Positions 23,447 through 37,400 of a stretch of 64,000 nucleotides of DNA are shown here, piece after piece. The translations under genes were made by a program, and so were the position numbers. The first letter of the stretch is position 1. Every line of letters starts with the position of its first letter. The DNA is taken from the NCBI GenBank assembly GCA_030141605.1, contig JAQGDQ010000605.1, forward strand, positions 15,368-79,367. The letters are read 5' to 3'. Source of the stretch: Tubiluchus corallicola. Its lineage: Eukaryota > Animalia > Priapulida. The notes beneath the pieces are model-generated. The model was not told the DNA's origin, searched no databases, and worked only from the letters and a program-made list of their open reading frames with translations.

Positions 23447-24984
23447 GACAACAAATATCAGTAAAAGTACGACAACCGGTATAATAAACTTGGCATTAGC
23501 AGAACGGGGAAGCGTTTTGGGAGTTTCGTCGCACTTGAAATCTTCTAGTATTCCAGCCTGAAAAAAGAAAAATTTCGTGAAAACGGTTGTTGAATATTAT
23601 TGTCTACAAAATGTTATCTTTTTAATATCGTTTACTGAAAATTTCAATGTTCAGGACGTATTTTGGAACCTGCCCATTTCAATTTGCAACAACAATGAAT
23701 ACTTTTGATAATATTGGCTTAATGATTGGTGCTTTTCGTAAAAGCAATGGCTTATTATGTAGCTACCTTTCGTATCACTGCCTCACTTGTATTACACGTT
23801 TAGTTACTGTGTTATTGTTACTGTGTTACTGTGTGTTAGAAAATTTCAATGTTCAGGACGTATTTTGGAACCTGCCCATTTCAATTTGCGACAACAATGA
23901 TACTTTTGATAATATTGGCTTAATGATTGGTGCTTTTCGTAAAAACAATGGATTATTATGTAACTACCTTTCGTATCACTGCCTCACTTGTATTACGCGT
24001 TTAGTTACTACTCAGCTAGTCAGAAAAATGAAATTTTGACATCATGAGATTAGATTATAAATATTGTCGTTGCTTCCTCACATTGGGCAACATGCTTTCA
24101 GCAAATGTCACGCATCTTCTAATTTGTCAAAGTATTTGTCACTGCTTAGGGAAACATAAATTTTAATTTTTTTCGTCAACTCTCACCCTGTACGAGGCCA
24201 TTGATGGCTGGGTAACTCGCAGGATTCATAGCATTCTGAAAACTTGTTGAACCACATGGACAAGAAACCTCGCACGCTTATGCAAAGAGGAGAGTTACTG
24301 AACTAACGACCGTATGTTGTATTTACATCTACAAAATATTAATTATTACGATACCAAATTTTGTAACAGAAAAAAATAAAAATGTGTATTTGTTTACCCA
24401 GCCACGTTTTGAGTACATCCAGGACACCAAGTTCGTGCGCACATAACAAGTTAACGTATCACATAAAACGAATACGTAATCTGTATCGTTATTTCTGATG
24501 CAGTCCATTGCTAGAGAGCCACACAAAGCATACATGGCTACGATCTTACCCCACGTGATTCCATCACGAAACACGTGCTCAGTAACGGTATCAAATACAT
24601 GAGCCAGACTTCTGCTGTTTCTCGTCGTTTCTGTTTTATGTATGCGGAAATGCTTTGTCAGATCAAAGTATATATTTGGATGGTTACTTTCCAGGTAATG
24701 GCACGCAGCCTGTAAGGTACGTAAGACGTCCATATGTACTCTAGTCTCATAAACGCTTGAGTGCTGCAGAATTTGCATATTTAATTCCGAATCGTAAGGT
24801 CCCAGTTTTAAAGCGAGATATTCATGAGCAAGTTTTCGCGATTCGGATACGATGGTTTCTTTGGTTAAGATTTCCTTGTTTAAAGCCAGCGCTTGGTAAA
24901 CGACGTCTCTGAAGCGGCAGACGAGAGACTCATTGGAGGTGTGCTGTTAGGTGGTCCGGGAGGTGTCCGAACCGGTAAAAACAT
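23426..24984 (-). CDS. BOK: BOK-like Bcl-2 family protein with a C-terminal TM anchor; exons (24984 or about 24946)-24398 and 23557-23426; start uncertain
   Basis: BH4-like IVSESRKLAHEYL, BH1 VFRDGITWGKIVAMYALCGSLA (TWGK is the BOK/Debcl signature), BH2 LVSWMYSKRGW/AGI, and TM FIIPVVVLLLIFVVVFFYRS*. Confidence 0.82.
23638..24009. repeat. Two-copy duplication of about 170 bp (period about 201) in the BOK-like intron
   Basis: AAAATTTCAATGTTCAGGACGTATTTTGGAACCTGCCC...TTAGTTACT occurs twice. Confidence 0.93.
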
Positions 24985-25557
24985 GGCCAGCTAAGTTGCA
25001 ATTTTCGTCATAATCAACTGAAATACCCGAATGCATTTCGAATTATATAATCGGTTATGTAAGCTGCGTTGCGTCCCTCGCTTTCCTTTGTTAACAAAAC
25101 TTGTCTGAAGGCTACGTCCAACTTCTGAAAATAATAATAAATACATTTTTCATCAATAAATTTAAGTCTAGCACAAGCTACATAATAGGCTGTGACAATT
25201 TTTAACTGTCAGGGTCAGCCAAGATCAAGTTCAGGTTTGTGCCTTAACTTAGATAACTTCCCAGCACTTTTCCAGACATTGATTTATTGACCACAATTTT
25301 ACCAATGTCAGGCACATTGCGTTACAATGATAAATTACAAACCTGTCTGGATTACCAAAAGCTAGGTAGAGTGGATGTTTTAACTATTTTATTTCAAGGT
25401 CCTGGTAAGCAAGGGGCAAGGACGCTTTTAGTTGTGTGTCAAACACGTGCACGTGTGCTGTAGCAGCTTGTAACAAGAGCGCAACTCAGAAAGTAACTTA
25501 AATGTAATCTTATCACATTTTTTTCTGCCCAGCATATTGTAATATAATATCGTACTA

Positions 25558-26250
25558 TAGTCATAAGTCACCATATGCTGTTGTTGTGGTGGTGGTCTTT
25601 GCTGTTTCTATCGTTGTTGCTGCTGCTGCTGCGGTCACTGCCGCTGCTGTTGTCATTGTCGTAGTCATAAGTCACCATATGCTGTTGTTGTTGTGGTGGT
25701 AGTCTTTGCTGTTGCTATCGTTGCTGCTGCTGCTGTGGTCACTGCCGCTGCTGTTATCGTTGTCATAGCCATAAGTCACCATATGCTGTTGTTATGGTGG
25801 TGGTCTTTGCTGTTGCTATCATTGTTGCTGCTGCTGCTGCGGTCACTGCCGCTGCTGTTGTCGTTGTCATAGCCATAAGTCACCATATGCTGTTCTTGTG
25901 GTGGTGGTCTTTGCTGTTGCTATCGTTGTTGCTGCTGCTGCTGTTGTCATTGTCGTAGCCATAAGTCACCATATGCTGTTCTTGTGGTGGTGGTCTTTGC
26001 TGTTGCTATCGTTGTTGCTGCTGCTGCTGCTGTCATTGTCGTAGCCATAAGTCACCATATGCTGCTGTTGTTGTGGTGGTCTTTGCTGTTGCTATCGTTG
26101 TTATTGCTGCTACGGTCACTAGTGCTGCTGTTGTCATTGTCGTAGCCATAAGTCACCATATGTTGTTGTTGTGGTCTTTGCTGTTGCTATCGTTGTTGCT
26201 GCTGCTGCTGCGGTGACTCGCGCTGCTGTTGTCGTTGTCGTTGTCGTTGG
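25558..26250. repeat. GCT/GTT-rich minisatellite, 86-104 bp units, about 7 copies, followed by (GAT)n-rich sequence to about 26410
   Basis: Recurring anchor CATAAGTCACCATATGCTGTT. Confidence 0.93.
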
Positions 26251-28242
26251 TTTTGTTAAGATAATGATGATGATGATGGTAAATGGTGGTGAGATGATGA
26301 TATATTATGATTATGGGTGCTGGTGCTGGTGGGATAATTCACGATGATGATGATGATGATGATTCGATGGTGCTGGTGGAGTGATTCAAGACGATGACGA
26401 TGATGATTTTGAGCCTTAACGTCAGTGAGTATAACGCAGCTCATACTTTGCATTGGGGCACATGTGCAGGTCGGAAGACTTTAGCTAAGGTAAAAGGTCA
26501 AATGTGTCAAATATCCGAAATGAACAAAATTTTTGCCAAAAACCTTACGCACCCTCTCACTTACGGAAGAAAACTTAGTCATCCATGGTAGTGTGGGCCA
26601 AAAACTCGAATAACACACTAATAACATATAGCACCTGTTCTTACCTGCAGGAATTTTACTTACGCTGTTCACTGTGACTCCAGCCCATTTGAAATGTGTT
26701 ATAACTTTTTTGTTATAACATAAATGTTTGCACCTTTATAAAAACAAATTATTTTTTGCTTCTACTTACCGTGCTGGTTTAGTTGCAAAACTGTGTTAGG
26801 AATTTTTCATGATCTTAGGTAATCAGATAATCATCTGATAAAGGTACTGCAGCTGCTGGTGTTGTTATTCACAAACGGTGATCGCAAATGGTCAAATCGC
26901 TTTTACATTTTGTGATAGTCTTACTGATTTTGTGATCAGTCAGATGTATTACTGCGGCAACCTGTTACTTGCATTACAAACTTCATCCAAAGTTTTTATT
27001 ACATTCTGCGTTAATCTTATTACAAGTACGTCAATTATTGCAGACTTTGTCAATGATATTACACTCTCCGCTGGATCATTACGCTACATTCTACGTTTTT
27101 ATTACATTCTGTGTCATAACACACGACTAACTGATGAAAATCTACCTCATAGTTTCCAGTAAGTTGGGAAAACAAAAAAGCCAGAGTTATCTGTAAATTC
27201 TGGAAATGACATATTACTACCCTAGGTATACAATTAATTGTAATCAAAAATTCTGCAAATTTTAATTTACAAATGGCATGACTATTAATCGATCGTACCT
27301 TGGTACTGTACTTTATCAGCAAACGTATATTATTTTGTGTGCAAAGCTAATATATTTTCCATAAGTTTGTTTATACATGTTTTATCGTCGACTGTAGCTG
27401 GGCGGATCGATGTGTAACACATTATATTATACATACTAATGTACGCAGTTAATAAGACTATTGTGTTTCTAGTACAGCTACGAATGAGTTTTGTATATAA
27501 GTTTACAACCATTATTGAAATCATAAGTTATGCTTATCGTCATGCTTATAAAATATAGCTTACCTGTAGTTACTGTAATTCGGATAGTAGTTCCCGCTTA
27601 AAAACGCCGTGAAAAATCTTCAATCAGTTTACCACATTTAAGAAAAATCCGCTGCGTGCTCGTCGATTCATTCGTATGCAACTTTACTTGTCCCTGAAGT
27701 ATTGTATTCAGTGAAGTACAAGCTTTGTCGACACGAGGCAGGAATCGCCATAGCAAAAAGCAGGTAAAAACAGACATGGTTTACTGCACATGGCTGCGTG
27801 TCTGAACGTTAATTATTAGGTAATGTATTGTATTATTGGCCTGCGCAGATTTAACCAGCATGGGACGTGGAAGAAGCTTTGCACAAATTTCTAAATTGCT
27901 GCACTTTTGCACTTGTATGTGGGCTGACACACGCTAGCAAGCTAGCTAAGCGATCCACAGACATACTACATCTTCTGAAATTAAGTCAAAATTAAATACT
28001 TACGCAATCTGATTCCGGCACATGTCCTGTTTGTAAATGAGAATGAACTGCAGCGTGTATTTGATGAACGGCTGTAAAAGTTCTTTGCGCATACTTTAAA
28101 GTGTTCGACGCGTAATTATTTACAAAAACGGGAGCTATTAGCTATACTTGATGAGTACATTAATGAAATGTTCTAACTTCTAAGCATTTTGAGTAGATAG
28201 ACATTTATTTATTCTTTAAAATGGTGTGCAGAGCCGGCCGTC

Positions 28243-28932
28243 TTAAAGGACAAGAAAAAGGGTACCTGAAGTAGGTTTCAGAAAAATCGCCTTAAAAAAT
28301 TATATTACTTTATAGCAATTTTATGCGTATATCGTACTCGCACTGAAAGGAATTTTAGTTTGTTTTCATTTTAAATCTCCCGCAATACTGTTCCGAAGTC
28401 GCCATTACATGACGTCATGTACCAAGCGTAAATCAAGGGAAGAAAAGACAATGCTAAATTATATCTCAAAAGACTTTCCGTGCAAATGTATATTACTTAC
28501 ATTGTCGCTTACCTGCTAGATTGATTTTTGTAACTAGAAAAGAAAATTATTAATTATTTAAAATGTTTTCACCAATTGGTAAAATGTCGCTGACTTACCC
28601 TACAGGGTGCACCACTCACTAACAAAAAACGTATTTTTAATCTTATTGACAAGATACAGTAATTTTAAATTTTATTTGGTTAGTGACTTATGCGCTACGA
28701 ATGCTCTCATTGTTTTTTCAAACTTTACAAAATGTTATCTAAACTTGTTTCAAATGACCTGTCGTGAAAATGGCTGCGTCTAACGGTCATCGCGGGAGTT
28801 TAAATTTACATGTTTTATACAGCGTGACTGCCGATTGAAGTCCTTCACGGAAAAAGGCAGTACGTAAGTGATATAAAATTTCAATACAATTTTTTAAGCT
28901 TTATGTTTATGAAGGGTTTTCTTGTGCTTTAA
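28243..28932 (+). mobile_element. Family C TTAA-flanked (Kolobok-type) element
   Basis: TIR TTAAAGGACAAGAAAA...TTTTCTTGTGCTTTAA; a near-identical inverted copy lies at 41771-42435. Confidence 0.88.
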
Positions 28933-29122
28933 ACCAATTGGACCAATTTCTCCCAATCGGGTGACTTGGGTCGCGCGCTTCAGAAAGTAATCTACTTTCG
29001 GCTTTTCCCGTAAAGCTGTTCAGCCATTACCAACTTTTAGTTTCTGGAGTTATTACATAAGCAATAAAAAATGATTTCTATATTCATCATTGAGGACCCT
29101 TTTATTTTAAGATCCTCTTTAC

Positions 29123-29545
29123 CAACGGCGGATTATGATTTTATGGGCCTTAGGCTTGAGCTTGGAACGGGCCTTTTAAATGTTGCTACACTGCTGAGCT
29201 GACGTGTTTTTGTGGAGCTCTCGTCGTTTGTAAGTTTGTTTAATTTTGTGAGTTTTTGCCACCGATTGTGATAAAAATTATATCTTCTTGATCCTTGAGT
29301 TGTGGACTAGGACTATATAAACACGATTACAGTTTGGTGAGTTTCTGGGTTAGATGTCAACTAAAATAAGCCAATCAGAAACTTTGAAAGTAACTTTAGT
29401 TTCTTACTAATTTCTTATACTTATTAGTAAGTATTCTTATATTATTCTTATTAGTACTTATTCTTATATATTTTTTGTTTTATTTCGCCGGGCCCCTTTT
29501 GATCCCGGGCCTTAGGCTTCAGCCTATAGGGCTATCCGCTACAGC
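29123..29545. mobile_element. Degenerate hAT-like MITE
   Basis: GGCGGAT...ATCCGC termini with GGGCCTTAGGCTT repeated near both ends; no clear TSD. Confidence 0.4.
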
Positions 29546-32500
29546 TCTTTACTAATTTTTAGTAAAATATGGATTAAATTTGTGTAGTTCTTGAGATTAC
29601 TGATTGTAACTCTTGTGAATTTAAACATTGAATTGGAATCTAATAATTTGGTATATCAATTTATCTGCATTTTTATGTTACCTCACAGGAAACGTGCTGC
29701 ATTAATAACCTTGATTTTAGCACGCACTTCAACACTTCTTGTTTAACATCACTGCAAGAATTGTTATACGTACAAATTAGAAAAGCTAATTACAGACTCC
29801 GTAAATGTAATATTGTACAATTCACTCTGTATAGTGTCTATGTAAAATTGTATAATGTTAGTACAGATATGTTTGCCTGCAAAAAGAGGCTAATAAAGAC
29901 TTATCAGCATCAGCATCTATATTTATCTAGTAGAACAAGTGATCTGTAGACGCTGTTTACCTTCAATAAGGGCGACCTTTGCTGTGACAAGTCGTAAAAC
30001 GGCCCTTCAACACAATTGAAATAATCACTTTTGTTGTGACTGCACAACAACACAATTTTTATTTTTATTTCTTTAATAATTTATTTAATGTTGTACTAAA
30101 TAACTTTTTTGATTAATTTTGCAACACAGTTAGGGCCTGCTGTTTGAGGCATTTCTACTTCGCCTGTACTCATAAGGTGTATTGACGCTTATTTAGATAA
30201 AGTACTGTTAAGAATGATCTTACTGTATGTATAGTAGATCTTATATGTATAATGTGAAAAATGCTCATTTTTTTCAGAAATTTGTGGGAGAGACATCGGC
30301 CTGGTTTTTAATTTGATTAGAATTCAAACAAATGCGTGGGAATATATATAATCTAATTTGTTTTTATAGAAAAAGGTGCATAACGTTTCCGTCTACGAGT
30401 TGTTAATTAAAATGGTTTGCTGCTATTGAAATATGTAATTTAGATTAATTCATGACTTTGTAAGAAAAACCGCACAACTATTTTATTAAAAGAGTGGCCA
30501 CCCAAAATATAATTTATTGCAACTTACATGATTTGGCGCATTTACATTATTACTTTCTAGCACAGCAGGACAACCAATCATAGATAATTATTCACTTTAT
30601 CGCATAGTTAATACAATGAACACAAAGTATTAATGCTAGATATATGAGGCGCAAATCAGCACATAGCTATAAAAAACTGTTGAAAAGAGAAAAAAATAAC
30701 CTAACGAAATAGGCGGATCATATGAGGTTTGCTTGTAGGAATAGCAAGGGTCAAATGGTCCCTGTACAAGGGTGACGAAGGAATTTATAACTTTAGAATG
30801 AAGCCCGTATAAATAATTCAAGGTTAACCTAATTGAACGACTCTAGGTAGATTTGCAAAGGTTGTAGGAACCGGAATAAACTAGTTTGCAATACTGTAAA
30901 TGAAAGGTCTAATAGCAGAGTAGAACTCAATCACGGGAATCCGTGACGTATAGTATATGATCCTAATTGTAGTTTATGTATACTCGATCTTTACATTATT
31001 TGCGCTAATTTACGAAACTATGGCTGTTTAACAACTACAATTAATATATCTAAAAAGGCAAAAAAGGAAACATCTTCAACCGTATCATATGTGATAAAAT
31101 TACTATATGTACTGCGTCTTTGTGGAGGTGTATCTAGGTGGCTAAACAAAGCAGGCTAGCATCAGGCACAATCAGTCTCAAGCATACAATGTCCACAAAG
31201 TCCTTTTACAATTTTCAAAAATTCACTTCAAACACAATAAAAAAAAAGTTTATTAAGTGGGATCGATCTCTAGGCTCCAGCAATGCTGGTCACGTGCGTT
31301 TTTTTCAGAATAAACTGAAAAATGAATTGAAATTATTGCACAGTGATTAAAACAAGTGATTGTACAACTTTGCACTTCTTCAGTGGTGACCTACACATTT
31401 TGTTCACTACTTGTCAGACATATATGTATACGATTTTATAAAAATAAAAGCTGTTTAGCCCATTAACTTAGCTTGCATCGCACTTTTTAAACGCACATTA
31501 TAATTGTTTCCATTCTGTCATAGAAATATTAAGGCCTATAATGGTTCATGTAATTCTACAGACTTTAGCCAGACCCTGGGGCCCACCACTAGGATTTTGC
31601 ACATCGTAAGTCAGACCCTGATCGTGGTGCATTATATCTGTTCCTTTGTAGATATAAAAAACGTAACCAAGGTAAGAGAAATGTTTCTGTGTAACAAGGT
31701 ATGAGCACGTAACAGTACATCAACAGTAAAAAATTGACGTAATTGTTTTGAGAAACTAAACTGCCAGAGTAGAAATTCACAACAAAACTATGCGTTGGTT
31801 GAATTTCATTCCTCAAATCTTTATAATTAAAAATCCTTGCAATTTCACTGTTATCGGTTCGAACTTCGACAGGAGCTTTAACTGTTGAAGCAAAATTTTT
31901 TAAAATCTTAAAAAACCACGAGCGTAAAAAAACCAATTCTGTGTCCATTTGGACGTGCTACAGAATCCAAAAAATTGGGTGGTTGTTGCTACGTGCAGTA
32001 AAGGGTAAAGGGAGAAAGGGAAGATCCGCCCCAAATGACGAACACAAATAACAAGGTGCTTTTAGTTTATTACATTAGCCTGAATATGAGTGACGTATAG
32101 AGTAATGGCGTTCCCTCAGGTTCAAAATGTCCTACAGATTATGTGTCAACGTCAAAGCGACGCATATGTGCACTTTTGTGTAGGTGTCTTCTACCTCGTT
32201 TACGAGTTAGTGTGGGAAGCCACATGGGTTTTCATCATCATCATGTCAATCTTTTCCTAACAGAAATGTGGAGAGGAATTTCTCCATAATATCAAGTCAG
32301 CACAATACAAATGGAAAAAGGTCGCATTTCGCATTTCAGTGTCTGGTGTTGACACACTAGGTTAGTTTACTGTGCGAAATACGGAACTCATAAAGAGACA
32401 TAATATATTACAACTTATATGTTGTAAGTTACGCGCCACCACTAAATGGCAACCTTTTCTAATGTCATGTAAACACCAAACATTATAAATGGGGTCGGCT

Positions 32501-32619
32501 GGTACGTCAGTTTTGTTGTGGGTCATCGTGGGTCCAATATAGAGCTAGGTTGTACGTATTTGAACTATTGTGCATATTTCTGTTAGAAATGTTTGTTCCT
32601 ATTAATCATACACGTTACG

Positions 32620-32692
32620 GTGAGATGAATAGTGGAGTGTGTACGTTTAGCGACTAAAGTTAAGCAACGCCAAGCCTGGCCATAAAATGGAT
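32620..32692 (+). mobile_element. Diverged copy of the 5S-containing SINE head
   Basis: GACTAAAGTTAAGCAACGCCAAGCCTGG...TGGAT resembles the 5S box A to box C region. Confidence 0.45.
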
Positions 32693-33935
32693 AACGGATA
32701 TACTCACACATCAAACCACACCTTTGCAGGTTCAGAGCCAAAGTTTAAAGGTGACAATATAAGCTCCGGTTCTTCTATGACCATCTACAATCTGCAATGC
32801 TTTTCATTAACTTTCTGAATGCCAAATTGCACGCAAACCATTGCATTCTTTATTAATTACATCATCAATATATTAATATTCTTGGTATGGGCTTAATTTA
32901 TTTATTTTACAATAATTTTCAGATCTAAAACTTTTTTGATAGAACAAGACGATAGCAACGTGAGACTCAGTGAGCCATTGACATTATAGGAGATTTTCAA
33001 TTTTTTCAGTAATCATTTTTACCATGCTGCGAATAACGCACCTACAATTCGAAAAATGAAACCATAGCCGTCCTGTTTTTTCCATTCTACTTATACCCAA
33101 GAAAAGAATTCGGAAAATTTGTGGTCATGGAAACCTTACATACTAGCTTACTGTGAAACAGAACCTTGCTAGTGGAAAGACCTACAATGTCCCCGTGGTC
33201 AAAGTTCGAGTAAGCTAATAATTTACGTTATATGAAGCCACATGGGTCTCAGTGTCAAGATCGTTGTCACGACAACGAAATTTAATAGAAACATGTAGCT
33301 GCTGTAAATGCCACATCTTATTGAATAAGGACTGTGCACAAATGAGAGTGTATATATAATCGTATTCAGTATGTACCGCGTGGGATACATTCCTAATCAT
33401 TATGATAAGCCTTCAGAACTACAACAAAATTAACAGGAAGATCAAATTTCACAATATGATTCAAATTTTAATAATCTCCACGCAGCAGAATTTAGTGAAC
33501 AAAGATTGCACAGATTTTTTAGTTGGCAATGGAAAGCGATATTGTATCTGATACCTGGTCTTGTATCTAATGAGCTCTGTATTAATCTCGTGCAGCACTG
33601 CACTGCACTGATTTCACAAATTGTTTTAAAAGTCTAAGTTGTCTAATCAATACAGTGCCGTTTCATATCTGAGCAATTAATCCCATTTGTATTCTGTAAT
33701 CACACTTATTTGTCAGTATTCATAGGTGTTTGGTCTGTACGATAATTAAATTTTGACTGAGACAAATATCCCACGAAATATCAGTGTGAGATGGACCTCT
33801 GTTTAGCAGTGCTAGGAAGTGTTTTTGTGGGACAATACATGACATTTTTATTATCTTCAGCTGATCGATATTAAAATTGTTTAAGTAAAAATAACTGATA
33901 AAATAATGATGAGTTAACCAAACTGAAGACAGTGT

Positions 33936-34488
33936 TTAAAGGAAAACCGGACGATTGTGTAAACATGAGTTCAGAATAAAGTATGTTCTAAAATATTGAA
34001 AAATACAATAGCTTTTTTAAATCGAAGCTTAGATTAAATAATAATTACCTCGTATACTCAAATTTCGTTAAACTGTCAAAGCTACACGCGGCTCAGTGAA
34101 TCTACTAAGATGGGCAGTGGCCCCTTTTTCTCACATTCGCGTGGCCGATAAATACAAGGCAGTACCGTGATAACCATGATCATGGACTACAGTGTTAGTT
34201 TCTGACGTCATATGACGTAGAGCCCATTTTCGTGGCATCACGCTTTTAAACAGTACTGTAACACCCATGTAAATGTGCTTGATGCGCAAGGGAAGATGTC
34301 TGCCATTCCACAAACTGTGGTTAGTTTCTGGCGTAAGCAATAGCTGTGTTCGGTTGCCGTTAATTAACTTTCTAAGCTAATTATTCAAATATAAGGAACA
34401 ATTGTTAACTTTTATAGGCAAGAAAATGTATATTTTGGACAGTAAATTAAATGAGATTGAGTCTAAACAACGTCCGGTCTTCCTTTAA
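33936..34488 (+). mobile_element. Family B element, full length
   Basis: TTAA at both ends; TIR AGGAAAACCGGACGATTGTG/CAACGTCCGGTCTTCCT. Confidence 0.9.
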
Positions 34489-37400
34489 CAATTCTCTACT
34501 ACCTCAATGTCGTAAAATGTCGAAGTCACACAGTTAGCATATTTATGAGTCTATTGTATGTTAGAAAAAGTAAAAAATAAGTTTTAAGCAGACAAACAAT
34601 GTTATTTATTCTGTCAACATTCAAGGATTACCTTACAGAAGACAGCCATTTGCCTAAATAACACATCTATTTATGATACACATGTTTACAAAAATAATTA
34701 ACATTTTTCTCCATTCATAAAGAAAATTACAAAGTTATTAAGGCTCCAAATTTACATCATTCCATTTGGCAGTTGTGTCTACGTATCAGTTTACATCCAG
34801 TAAAAGAGGCGGTTGGGGTAAAGGTAAAAGTACGATAACGAACTTCTGATATGAACAAGCAGTGAAACCCTTAAATCAGAAAGTACAACGTACAAAATGC
34901 ATAATTCGTCTCAGTACTTTACAGAAACAATGGCTTCTCAACTTCCAATTCGCATGTGTGGCATTTAAATTATACGTTTACACCATGTACCAACACACAC
35001 TGTTTAAAATATATCAATCCTTAACAAACATAAAAATGAAAATATAATTAGCTAAAAATACGTAATGAAAAACTGCCACTTATCCGTCCACACTAACATA
35101 GGTGAAGGAAAAGTATGAGTGTCAGTAAATTTCATGGTGTTTTACCAAGTCATGAATAAAATATACAAACAAGACAGCAAAAAAGCAAAACATTGCTCAT
35201 ACAATAATATAAACTATTAAAAGCTATATTTTTCTTTCTTAAAAACAGCTAAACAATTACATATACATAATGTAATAGGAACAGACAAGCACTACATTAT
35301 CTATTATTAAGTAATTAATAGAATCCACACTACATCTCTAATTTGATTTTAGTTAAAATAAACTCTTGAAGGGCATAAAAAAGGTGAGTTTCTATTTCTA
35401 ACTTTCAGCTTAGTTGTTAAGAAAGATTTTTACAATTTGAAAATTTGATTTAAGCCGTACAAATTGTACATTTAAGCTGTAGAATTTATATAAATATACA
35501 TCTTAAAAGCAACAACTACGGTCCACTTCTCTCTACTCATCAGATTCAAAAAGTAGAAAAGGCATTTGCCAGTAGTAGTTAGTATTATAACAATTAACAA
35601 TATGTAACAATACAACAACCCGAAAAAAATTACAGACATGGTTATGATAGAGAATAAAGATATAGGTAAATTAGTATTTACAAGTTCTTCTCTCACTTAC
35701 CTGCACAACACAAAGGTGACTAAACATAAACTGCTTAAAACAACCATAACATCATATGTACAATAAACTACCCAATATTTTCTAACATAGACTCTTTCAA
35801 ATTAACAGTTTTAAGCATGTGGATGGACATAAATTTACATTTACATTATATACATTTGGTAAGAAATAATTTGACTAACTGCTCTAGAGATTGGATATCT
35901 GCTAAAATTGATTTCAATTCTTTCAAACTCTCTGCACTTGCAACACGCAAGATTGGCCAGGCGTGGCAACTTTTCACCTTTGCTTTATAAATTTTCCACT
36001 AACTCTGAAGCACAAATTCCATAAAACACGCACAAATAATCATATATAGTATCAACAGTCAACACTCAAACATCAAACTCGATATATTGTTGTGTCTGAA
36101 AACTATCAATTATCACTAATCATTTCATATAAGTGATACCTAACAATCGTATATTGCCAAACAGTAAATTATTTTCCGATTACATAGATGACTTTCCCAC
36201 AATTTAAGGTAGGCACACACTGCAACTGATTACGATAATTATCAAATGCTGTCATGATCAATAAAATATAAAAATTGTCACTTAGGTAATTCGTTACGAT
36301 GAAGTTACTTTTGTCCAGTCACATTACAGTTTCAATTGCCAACACCTACTAATAGAATTAAAATTTCGCAATAAAAATATTTACCTAAAATAAGAATGAA
36401 CTCTCAACAGTTCATAAGTAATCTTAGTACAAGAAAAGCAAAAGTATTCCATACACATTTAACATGAAATCACTATACACTAACTTTATGTAAAAAAATG
36501 TGTTGTTTACTATATTGTTACGATGCAAGCAAGACAGAGATATTAGAGAATTATTATAACGAACATTTTTACCATGTGTCTATGAAATAACTAATTAAAC
36601 GCTATTAATATATTTACGTAACAGGTCAACTCCATTATTCAAATTATGACTCTCACACGTAGAAATCACAAAAAATAATGGCGCCAATAAAAATATTGTA
36701 ATTACTACAAAGAATGAAAATTTCAGTTTAACTTGAATGCTCTGCTTTAGGTAAAAGTTTTTTAACCAAAGTGTGATTGTAGTCAGCTGCAAGTTACTGT
36801 AATATTTGACATGGACAAGAATACAAATGCCATGAACAATTGCCATCAACATAAAAATACTGCTAAAATAACATTGATACATATATACATACATACATTC
36901 ATGCACATATATATATATGTATGTATTACACAATGCATTTTCACTTTTCATAAAACGTGGACACGTATGACATAATATACATCTTGATTAGTTATAAGCA
37001 ATTTAATAAAACTAATGGAAATCTAAATGGCATGTCAAAAATGTACACAATAACTTCATACTGTTCCACGACGTATGCATTACTAAATCACAAAACTTTG
37101 ACTAGTCAAAATTTCTCTGCTTTGGTCAACAACAGACTTTCCAGGAAAAAGTACAAACATCAGTACAACATGGTCCAGGACCAACAGCAGCTAATTGTTG
37201 TAAACACACATACAATTTAATGACAACACACTGGTAGTGAAAGCATCAATTAGCTTTTCTTTGTATAATATCTTTCAAAGGCTGAATGCAGTTAATTAGT
37301 CAAATGATTACCAAGCATATCATCAGTGCTACTGACACTTCCAATTTTGAGGCTAATTTTGTATCGTTTCTAATTTGAAATTCAGTAATTATTATTTCTT

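Noticed and set aside
26640-28005. Several minus-strand GTAAG donors (about 26644, 26768, 27563, 28003) as BOK-like 5' UTR exons
   Set aside because: Plausible given an acceptor near 25125, but exon boundaries cannot be fixed without transcripts.
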